Below the pieces are notes generated by a model, which worked only from the letters and a program-made list of their open reading frames with translations, was not told the DNA's origin and did not search any database. 64,000 bases of DNA from an uncultured Gammaproteobacteria bacterium (GTDB lineage: Bacteria > Patescibacteriota > Patescibacteriia > Patescibacteriales > UBA12465). The first letter of the stretch is position 1. The number at the start of each line of letters is the position of its first letter. The stretch lies in contig CAZPPL010000002.1 in NCBI GenBank assembly GCA_964588465.1, positions 8,929 to 72,928 on the forward strand, given 5' to 3'. Positions 57,318 to 64,000 of the stretch are shown in pieces. The position numbers and the translations under genes are program-made.

Positions 57318-57346
57318 TTGACTTATATTTTATATTTTGTTAAATT
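57318..57346 (+). promoter_or_regulatory. Putative promoter of the str operon
   Basis: TTGACT, a 17-nt spacer ending TGT (extended -10), then TAAATT. It lies about 105 nt upstream of rpsL. Confidence 0.4.
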
Positions 57347-57450
57347 AAATTCATAAAATAGATAGTAGTAAATTCATCCTGGCTATTCAGGATTATTTTT
57401 AATATTTTAATCAAGCTTCTATTTATAGACAGTTTATTACTCTAAACATT

Positions 57451-57870
57451 ATGCCAACTACAAATCAATTAATACGTAAAGGACGTAAAAAAATAACTGC
57501 TAAACGAAAGTCTTTAGCACTTCACACTACTTTAGATTCTTTACATCGTCGTAAAAGAAATTCTGCTAAAGGAGCTCCTTTTAAGCAAGGAGTCTGTTTA
57601 AAGGTAACTACTACCACCCCTAAAAAACCAAACTCGGCTTTACGGAAAATTGCTAGGGTTCGTTTATCTAATGGTATAGAGGTAACCGCTTATATTCCAG
57701 GTATGGGACATAATCTACAAGAGCACTCTATTGTTCTAGTCAAAGGTGGTAAGACTAAAGATCTACCAGGGGTTCGTTATAAAGTAGTTAGAGGTGTCTT
57801 TGATGCCTCTGGGGTAGAAGCTAGACGCCAAGGGAGAAGTCGTTATGGTACTAAGAAACCAAAAAAATAA
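57451..57870 (+). CDS. rpsL: 30S ribosomal protein S12
   Basis: [14 protein letters not shown]..., [27 protein letters not shown], and VRGV with a DLPGVRYK context. Confidence 0.95.
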   Translation: MPTTNQLIRKGRKKITAKRKSLALHTTLDSLHRRKRNSAKGAPFKQGVCLKVTTTTPKKPNSALRKIARVRLSNGIEVTAYIPGMGHNLQEHSIVLVKGGKTKDLPGVRYKVVRGVFDASGVEARRQGRSRYGTKKPKK

Positions 57871-57885
57871 TTAATATTAAATACT

Positions 57886-58365
57886 ATGAGAGGTAAATCA
57901 GCCACTAAAAGAGACATTGAAGGCGACGCTAAATATAATGATAAAAATATTGCTAAGTTTATTAATTATGTTATGGAGCGGGGCAAAAAGAGTGTTGCCG
58001 AACAAATTGTCTATGGTGCTTTTGAGATTATAAAAGAGAAGACTAAACAAGACCCTAGACATATCTTTAATAAAGCTATTAAAAAAGCTTCGCCTTTAGT
58101 AGAAGTACGAGGGAAACGAGTTGGGGGAGCTAATTATCAAGTGCCTTTTCAAGTTCGCGGTGAACGTCGATATTTTTTAGCCTGTAATTGGATTATCAGT
58201 GCGACTCACAAAAGGAAAGGCTTGGCTACCGCTAAGAAATTAGCTAATGAGATTTTAGACGCTTCTAACGGAGAGGGAACCGCTATTAAAAAACGAGAAG
58301 CGGTTCATAAAATGGCTGAGGCTAATAAAGCTTTTGCTCATTTTTCTAGAAGTAGAAGGAAATAA
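57886..58365 (+). CDS. rpsG: 30S ribosomal protein S7
   Basis: 159 aa. KFINYVMERGKKSVAEQIVYGA, VEVRGKRVGGANYQVP, KREAVHKMAEANKAFAHF. Confidence 0.95.
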   Translation: MRGKSATKRDIEGDAKYNDKNIAKFINYVMERGKKSVAEQIVYGAFEIIKEKTKQDPRHIFNKAIKKASPLVEVRGKRVGGANYQVPFQVRGERRYFLACNWIISATHKRKGLATAKKLANEILDASNGEGTAIKKREAVHKMAEANKAFAHFSRSRRK

Positions 58366-58383
58366 TAAATTTATATTTAAAAT

Positions 58384-60462
58384 ATGGCCCGAGATTACGA
58401 ATTAGAAAATATTAGAAATATTGGTATTATGGCTCACATTGATGCCGGCAAAACTACTTTTACCGAACGAGTTTTGTTTTATACTGGTAAGAAACATAAA
58501 TTGGGCGAAGTCCACGAAGGTAAAGCTGAAATGGATTGGATGGAACAGGAAAAAGAGCGGGGAATTACCATTACTTCCGCTGCCACTACTTGTTTTTGGA
58601 AACATACTAAAATTAATATTATTGATACCCCAGGGCATGTAGACTTTACTGTAGAAGTTGAACGTTCTTTGCGAGTATTAGATGGAGCGGTGGCGGTTTT
58701 TGATGGTCAGGCGGGAGTAGAACCCCAGTCGGAAACAGTTTGGCGTCAAGCAGATAAATATAATGTGCCCCGTTTATGTTTTATCAATAAAATGGATAAG
58801 ATGGGAGCGAATTTTTATACTAGTTTAGATTCTATCCGTACCCGTTTGAATCAAAAAGCCGTAGCTATACAACTACCAATAGGATCGGAGAGTAATTTTA
58901 CTGGAATAATTGATTTATTAACCCAGAAAGCTTATAAATTTTCTGGTAATTTAGGCGTGAATATTGATGAGATTCCTATCCCTGATAATCTGAAATCCAA
59001 GGTTGAGAAATATCATAATGAATTAATAGAAAAGGCCGTAGAATGTGATGAAAAAACTCTAGAAAAATATTTAGGGGGGCAAGAGATAAGTATAGAAGAG
59101 TTAAAAAAAGCTATTCGTCAGGGAGTAATTGCTAACGATATCTATCCAGTTTTATGTGGTAGCGCTTTACAAAATATCGGCGTACAATTAGTTTTAGATG
59201 CTATTAATGCTTATTTACCTTCACCTTTGGATGTACCAGATATTGAAGCCTCAGCGATTCGTGATGAAGATAAAAAAATTATTGTTAGTGCTGATGACAA
59301 TAAACCCTTTGTGGGCTTAGCTTTTAAAATTGCTACTGATCCTTTTGTGGGAAAACTTTGTTTTATTAGAGTCTATCAAGGAGTATTAGCTGCGGGTTCT
59401 TATATTGTAAATTCTACTAAAGATAATAAAGAACGAGTAGGACGCATAGTGCGTATGCATGCTAATCATCGCGAAGAAATTAAAGAAGTTTTTGCTGGTG
59501 ATATTGCTGCGGTTATTGGTTTAAAAAATACCACTACTGGGAATACTCTTTGTGAAGAAAATCATCCCGTATTATTGGAATCAATTACTTTCCCAGAGCC
59601 AGTAATTAAAATTGCTGTGGAACCTAAAACTAAAGCTGATTCTGAGAAAATGGGAGTTGCCCTACAACGTCTAGCCGAAGAAGATCCTACTTTTAGAGTA
59701 GAGACCGATGAAGAAACTAATCAAGTTTTAATTTCTGGTATGGGTGAACTTCACTTAGAAATTATTGTAGATAGAATGAAACGAGAATTTGGGGTAGAAG
59801 CTAGTGTGGGTAATCCCCAAGTATCCTATCGCGAAACTATTACTAAAACTGCCGAAGCTGAACATAAATATATTAAACAGACTGGTGGTCGAGGTCAATA
59901 TGGCCATTGTTCTTTGCGGGTTGAACCCTTAGAGGCTGGTAAAGGTTTTGAATTCGTAGATGAGATTAAAGGGGGAATTATTCCTCGGGAATATATTCCT
60001 GCGGTTGAGAAAGGAGTTAAAGAAGCTTTTCTCAGTGGAACTGTCGCTGGTTATCCTATGGTAGATGTTAAGACGGCGGTTTTCTATGGTTCTTATCATG
60101 AAGTTGATTCTTCAGAAATTGCCTTTAAAATGGCGGCTATTTTTGCTTTTAAAGAGGCTTGTCAACAGGCGGGTCCAATACTACTAGAACCAATTATGAA
60201 AGTAGAAGTTACTACCCCTGAGGAATATATGGGTAATATTATTGGTGATTTAAGTAGTAAACGGGGACAGATTGAAGAAATGTCAGATCGGGCAAATATT
60301 AAATTAGTAGAGGCAAAAGTACCTCTGGCCGAAATGTTTGGTTACTCTACTTCCTTGCGCTCTATGAGTCAAGGACGAGCTAATTATACTATGGAATTTT
60401 CTCATTATCACGAAGTGCCAAATAGCATTTTAGAAAAGATTAAAGAGAAACAGGGTAAATAA
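58384..60462 (+). CDS. fusA: Elongation factor G
   Basis: 692 aa. [29 protein letters not shown], domain IV and V motifs. Confidence 0.97.
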   Translation: MARDYELENIRNIGIMAHIDAGKTTFTERVLFYTGKKHKLGEVHEGKAEMDWMEQEKERGITITSAATTCFWKHTKINIIDTPGHVDFTVEVERSLRVLDGAVAVFDGQAGVEPQSETVWRQADKYNVPRLCFINKMDKMGANFYTSLDSIRTRLNQKAVAIQLPIGSESNFTGIIDLLTQKAYKFSGNLGVNIDEIPIPDNLKSKVEKYHNELIEKAVECDEKTLEKYLGGQEISIEELKKAIRQGVIANDIYPVLCGSALQNIGVQLVLDAINAYLPSPLDVPDIEASAIRDEDKKIIVSADDNKPFVGLAFKIATDPFVGKLCFIRVYQGVLAAGSYIVNSTKDNKERVGRIVRMHANHREEIKEVFAGDIAAVIGLKNTTTGNTLCEENHPVLLESITFPEPVIKIAVEPKTKADSEKMGVALQRLAEEDPTFRVETDEETNQVLISGMGELHLEIIVDRMKREFGVEASVGNPQVSYRETITKTAEAEHKYIKQTGGRGQYGHCSLRVEPLEAGKGFEFVDEIKGGIIPREYIPAVEKGVKEAFLSGTVAGYPMVDVKTAVFYGSYHEVDSSEIAFKMAAIFAFKEACQQAGPILLEPIMKVEVTTPEEYMGNIIGDLSSKRGQIEEMSDRANIKLVEAKVPLAEMFGYSTSLRSMSQGRANYTMEFSHYHEVPNSILEKIKEKQGK

Positions 60463-60468
60463 TTATAT

Positions 60469-61095
60469 ATGTCCTTTAGTCCTGGAAAGCTAAATCTTAA
60501 TAATAGAGATTCTTTTGACTCTCTATTAGGTAGAAATGATAAACCGATTCCTGTACCAGAGCGTCAACAAGAATTAATTGCTTTTGCTGTAAAACATGGT
60601 AATCCCTTAGAATTTATTGAGTCTGGTTTCCAGGAGGTTTCAATACCTACATTGAAAATCTCAACAGAAAATAGTTTGGAAGTCACTAGTTATATTAATA
60701 ACGTCTTAGAAACTATACAAAAGTTTATTAGCTCTCCCTTATTTACCGATCAATTTCATCGTGATCATAAATCAAGACGAGTTTGGGAGAGTAATAATTT
60801 ATTGTATTTAAGTCCAGAATTAAAAGAATATTATAGTTCTAATAAATTAAATACTAATAGCTTTTGGGCTATATTATCATTTATAGAACTTATTATAGAA
60901 CATCTTAATAATACTGAGATTAAAAAGACTCTTAGTAGTATCTTAGAGAGATTTCCTAGTATCCTTAGTGAGGTAGACAAAAATAAAGTTTTGGAGTACA
61001 ATAAAGTGTCTGATAAAGAAAAGATATTAGCCATTCAGGAGACTACGAAATTATTTCAGGAAATAATAAATTTGTTCACGACCATAGAGATGTAG
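60469..61095 (+). CDS. Hypothetical protein inserted between fusA and tuf
   Basis: 208-aa ORF starting 6 nt after the fusA stop. It is predicted soluble and helical, and I recognise no motif. Confidence 0.5.
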   Translation: MSFSPGKLNLNNRDSFDSLLGRNDKPIPVPERQQELIAFAVKHGNPLEFIESGFQEVSIPTLKISTENSLEVTSYINNVLETIQKFISSPLFTDQFHRDHKSRRVWESNNLLYLSPELKEYYSSNKLNTNSFWAILSFIELIIEHLNNTEIKKTLSSILERFPSILSEVDKNKVLEYNKVSDKEKILAIQETTKLFQEIINLFTTIEM

Positions 61096-61144
61096 ATAAA
61101 AATTGGTAAAAGATAATTATTTGATTAGATTATAATTAATTAAT

Positions 61145-61546
61145 ATGTTTTCTGAACAATTAAAAAAAATTTTTAAAATAATCAAGCAGACTAATAATCC
61201 AGTAATTATTTATGATTCTAATACTTCTGAGCAGTCTTATGTTCTTATGACTTTAGATTACTATACTGATTTAATTTTAGACAAAAAAACTAAAACCCAG
61301 AAAAAGCTTGAAGTTAAAAATAGTTTTAGTAAATTATCTCGGAGCGAACCAGAATCTGCGATGGGATCAGAAGAAAATATTGGAACTAAGAATTTGACAG
61401 AAGAAGATGTAACTGATAAAATTAATCGCGAAATATCAGAGTATAGTAATTCAAACGCTGAGCCCTATTTGGCTGAAGAAAATGGGGCTAGAAAAGCTTG
61501 GAAAATCCCCGGAAAAGTTATAGATAAGGCTCAAGAGGTTGCTTAA
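61145..61546 (+). CDS. Hypothetical protein; N-terminus weakly Phd/YefM-antitoxin-like, acidic disordered tail
   Basis: 133-aa ORF. NNPVIIYDSNTSEQSYVLMTLDYYTDLI resembles the P-V-x-I-t-x-x-G-x-x-x-x-V-L-M-S-x-E-E-Y pattern of Phd/YefM. The rest is E/K/S-rich. Confidence 0.4.
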   Translation: MFSEQLKKIFKIIKQTNNPVIIYDSNTSEQSYVLMTLDYYTDLILDKKTKTQKKLEVKNSFSKLSRSEPESAMGSEENIGTKNLTEEDVTDKINREISEYSNSNAEPYLAEENGARKAWKIPGKVIDKAQEVA

Positions 61547-61653
61547 AAATATTTAGATAATTTAAATAAAAAATAATTATAATTAATTAAGTTCGGCTGG
61601 TTTCCTAATTCAGGGAAGAAACTCCGTTAACTCGGGGGCCGCACACCAAAAAC

Positions 61654-62844
61654 ATGGCAGCAGAAAAATTTAAACGAAACAAACCTCATATTAACGTTGG
61701 TACTATTGGCCACGTTGATCATGGAAAAACTACTTTAACCGCCGCGATGTTGGCTGTTTTCAATTCTAAAGGAATGAACGCCTCTCATAAAAATGTTGAT
61801 GAGATTGATGCTGCTCCTGAGGAAAAAGCTCGGGGGATTACTATTGCCACTGCACACGTTGAGTATGAGTCAGACAAACGCCACTATGCGCACGTTGATT
61901 GTCCAGGGCACGCCGATTATGTTAAAAATATGATTACTGGCGCTGCTCAAATGGATGGAGCTATTTTAGTAGTAGCCGCTACTGATGGTCCTATGCCTCA
62001 AACTAGAGAGCATATTTTATTGGCTCGTCAAGTAGGAGTGCCTTATATTGTGGTTTTTTTAAATAAATGTGATTTAGTGGAAGATAAAGAATTAATTGAT
62101 TTAGTGGAAGAAGAAATTCGTGATTTATTAAAAAAATATGAATTCCCTGGTGATACTATACCAATTATTCGTGGAAGTGCCTTAAAAGCTTTGGAAAATC
62201 CCAGTGGTCCTGACGCTGAACCGATTATGGAATTGATGAAAGCTCTAGACGAATATATTCCTGATCCAGTTCGGGATATTGATCACCCTTACTTAATGCC
62301 TATAGAAGATATTTTTTCTATTGAAGGTCGGGGGACAGTAGTAACTGGTCGTATTGAGAGAGGTATAGTGAAAATTGGTGATGAAGTGGAAATTGTCGGT
62401 TTAAGAGATACTAAGAAAACTACGGTTACTGGTATTGAAATGTTTAATAAATCCTTAGACGAAGGCCAAGCTGGAGATAATGCTGGAATCTTATTACGGG
62501 GAATCAAAAAAGATGAGGTAGAACGTGGTCAAGTTTTATGTAAACCTGGTTCTATCACTCCGCATACTGAGTTTTCCGCAGAAGTCTATGTTTTGTCTAA
62601 AGATGAAGGCGGACGTCATAAGCCATTCTTTAATGGTTATAAACCTCAATTCTACTTTAAGACTACAGACGTAACTGGTGATATTACTTTGCCTAGTGGA
62701 ACCGAAATGGTTATGCCTGGCGATACGGTTAATTTAAATATCAAATTAATTGCTCCGATTGCCCTAGAAGATAAACAAAAGTTTACCATTCGTGAAGGTG
62801 GACGAACTGTTGGAGCTGGAGTAGTCACTAAAATATTAAAGTAA
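61654..62844 (+). CDS. tuf: Elongation factor Tu
   Basis: 396 aa. [44 protein letters not shown]. Confidence 0.98.
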   Translation: MAAEKFKRNKPHINVGTIGHVDHGKTTLTAAMLAVFNSKGMNASHKNVDEIDAAPEEKARGITIATAHVEYESDKRHYAHVDCPGHADYVKNMITGAAQMDGAILVVAATDGPMPQTREHILLARQVGVPYIVVFLNKCDLVEDKELIDLVEEEIRDLLKKYEFPGDTIPIIRGSALKALENPSGPDAEPIMELMKALDEYIPDPVRDIDHPYLMPIEDIFSIEGRGTVVTGRIERGIVKIGDEVEIVGLRDTKKTTVTGIEMFNKSLDEGQAGDNAGILLRGIKKDEVERGQVLCKPGSITPHTEFSAEVYVLSKDEGGRHKPFFNGYKPQFYFKTTDVTGDITLPSGTEMVMPGDTVNLNIKLIAPIALEDKQKFTIREGGRTVGAGVVTKILK

Positions 62845-62852
62845 TACTTAAG

Positions 62853-62879
62853 GCCTGCTCTTTAGATTAAAGAGCAGGC
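62853..62879 (+). terminator. Strong stem-loop between tuf and rpsJ (terminator or attenuator)
   Basis: Perfect 12-bp stem GCCTGCTCTTTA/TAAAGAGCAGGC with a 3-nt loop. A T6 tract follows only after 12 nt. Confidence 0.5.
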
Positions 62880-62931
62880 TGGTAAGGTTTATTTTTTGAC
62901 ATTAAGAAGTTTTAAGTTATTTACTATTACT

Positions 62932-63267
62932 ATGTCCGAAACCAAAAAAGAAGAGAAAGATTTTAAGCAAAGAATCAGAATCAAAATTCGTGCTTTTGAT
63001 CATAAAATTATTGATCAATCTACTAAGATTATTATTGAAACTATTGAACGTAGTGATGCTAAATTTTTAGGACCGATTCCTTTACCTACTGAGATAAGAA
63101 AATATACGGTTAATCGTTCAACCTTTGTGCATAAAGATGCTAGAGATCAGTATGAAATGCGTACCCATAAACGAATGATTGATATCATTGATCCGACCGC
63201 TAAGACTATTGAAGATCTTACCACTCTCACTCTGCCAGCTGGTGTTGACGTAGAAATAAAAATGTAG
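62932..63267 (+). CDS. rpsJ: 30S ribosomal protein S10
   Basis: [42 protein letters not shown]...RTHKRMIDI. The ATG at 62932 is preferred to the track TTG at 62896. Confidence 0.93.
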   Translation: MSETKKEEKDFKQRIRIKIRAFDHKIIDQSTKIIIETIERSDAKFLGPIPLPTEIRKYTVNRSTFVHKDARDQYEMRTHKRMIDIIDPTAKTIEDLTTLTLPAGVDVEIKM

Positions 63268-63443
63268 TAGAATAAATAAGTAATATTAAATTAACTAAGG
63301 AAGGTTTAAATAACTCTAAATGCACCTCAATACACCAGAAAGTGTTTAAGCGAAAATTAGTTGAATTTGGAGGGAAATCAGTAAAACAATCCATTAAAAT
63401 AAAAAGAGAAAAAGATTTCGTTTTTTATTGTTTGGTTTTCGAG

Positions 63444-63468
63444 CTGGTTTTGAAACCAGTTTTTATTT
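63444..63468 (+). terminator. Weak terminator-like hairpin inside the rpsJ-rplC spacer
   Basis: CTGGTT-ttga-AACCAG followed by TTTTTATTTT. Confidence 0.35.
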
Positions 63469-63507
63469 TATAAATTGAATCCTTAGAAATTCTTTAATTG
63501 GCATTAT

Positions 63508-64000
63508 ATGAAATTTATTAGCGGTAAAAAATTAAGCATGACCCAAATTTGGGTTGATGATAAAGTCATGGCAGTTACACCAGTATTAGCTGGACCTTGT
63601 ACTATTACTCAAGTTAAAAGTAAAGTTCCAGATGGTTATGAAGCTTTACAATTGGCCTATGGGAAACGTAAATCTAAAAATATCCATAAACCGCAATTAG
63701 GTCATTATAAGAAAACTAAAGTTTTTCCCCAGTATGTTAGAGAGTTTAGAACTACAGAGGCGAGTAAATTCAAAGAAGGAGATGTGGTGAGTGTAGGAAC
63801 TTTTGCGGTTGGCGATATAGTTAGAGTTACGGGGACTTCTAAAGGACGAGGTTTTCAAGGAGTGATAAAACGTCACCATTTCCACGGATTTAAAAAAACT
63901 CATGGTAATAAGGATCAGGAGAGAATGCCTGGTTCTATTGGGGCTAAAGGCCCAGCGCATGTTTTTAAAGGTACTAAGATGGGTGGTCGCATGGGAAATG
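63508..64000 (+). CDS. rplC: 50S ribosomal protein L3 (3' end beyond window)
   Basis: Absent from the ORF track because it is open at the window edge. My hand translation gives MKFISGKKLSMTQIWVDDKVMAVTPVLAGPCTITQVK...TSKGRGFQGVIKRHHFHGFKKTHGNKDQERMPGSIGAKGPAHVFKGTKMGGRMG, matching the L3 signature. Confidence 0.9.
   Translation, partial: MKFISGKKLSMTQIWVDDKVMAVTPVLAGPCTITQVKSKVPDGYEALQLAYGKRKSKNIHKPQLGHYKKTKVFPQYVREFRTTEASKFKEGDVVSVGTFAVGDIVRVTGTSKGRGFQGVIKRHHFHGFKKTHGNKDQERMPGSIGAKGPAHVFKGTKMGGRMGN

Noticed and set aside
58402-58642. Two short ORFs (78 aa on the minus strand, 73 aa on the plus strand out of frame) inside the 5' end of fusA
   Set aside because: They overlap the EF-G G-domain coding sequence and are chance open frames.
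60469-61546. Calling the fusA-tuf insert a bona fide toxin-antitoxin module
   Set aside because: Only a short N-terminal resemblance to Phd/YefM supports it. The upstream 208-aa protein matches no toxin family I recognise, and the 49-nt gap and gene order are atypical. I keep it only as one hypothesis within the finding.
63697-63960. 87-aa minus-strand ORF in the ORF track
   Set aside because: It is antisense to the plus-strand L3 (rplC) coding region, which the track omitted only because it runs off the window end.
1-64000. Search for CRISPR arrays, tRNA or rRNA genes, transposases, integrases, reverse transcriptase/DGR components and prophage genes
   Set aside because: I saw no regularly spaced direct repeats. 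No intergenic region has cloverleaf-compatible sequence (all spacers over 70 nt were read). No ORF carries DDE, tyrosine-recombinase or RT motifs. Apart from the small 33.8-34.3 kb insertion, the window appears to be core chromosome.

Overview
The window is AT-rich, densely packed (about 65 genes) and mostly on the + strand. It looks like the core of a small, reduced bacterial genome. I infer a Patescibacteria/CPR-like organism from the streamlined gene set, the K/E-rich extensions on ribosomal proteins, the large repeat-tailed surface proteins and the near absence of Shine-Dalgarno motifs. This inference has not been checked against any database. Standard code 11 applies: RF2 is present and TGA is used as a stop.

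Gene content, in order:
- 72-2729: a secreted repeat protein.
- 2.7-21.8 kb: holB, a BNR-like lipoprotein, frr, rseP, hpf, secA, ileS, lemA-htpX, NIF3-like, U32 peptidase, ruvA, proS and mreBCD.
- 22-35.8 kb: a cell-envelope glycan region. It holds a PfkB kinase, an RmlC-like cupin, a HIT protein, rfbB, an orphan receiver domain, a second mreB, three GT4 genes, a GT2, a DUF2304-like gene, a UXS-like SDR, an S8 protease fused to FG-GAP repeats, and a degenerate GspE/PilB-like ATPase.
- 35.9-42.3 kb: a partial dcw cluster (mraY-ftsW-murG-murC-murB).
- 42.3-50 kb: alaS, then infA-rpmJ-rpsM-rpsK-rpsD-rpoA-rplQ-rplM-rpsI and prfB.
- 50-57.3 kb: a CAP-domain protein, a 994-aa beta-helix surface protein, comEC, rpmB and a small M50 protease.
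- 57.4-64 kb: rpsL-rpsG-fusA-[two unknown ORFs]-tuf-rpsJ-rplC (rplC runs off the window end).

I saw no rRNA, tRNA, CRISPR array, transposase or integrase.

Most noteworthy observations:
- Two uncharacterised ORFs sit between fusA and tuf.
- A catalytically degenerate secretion-ATPase homologue is translationally coupled to a GT2 gene.
- A compositionally foreign opposite-strand membrane ORF splits a GT2/DUF2304 pair.
- RpoA lacks the alpha-CTD.
- A nucleotide-sugar cassette lacks rmlA and rmlD.
- Several leader hairpins and operator-like palindromes lie in front of translation genes.

None of these is proven novel. All functional calls come from reading motifs by eye.
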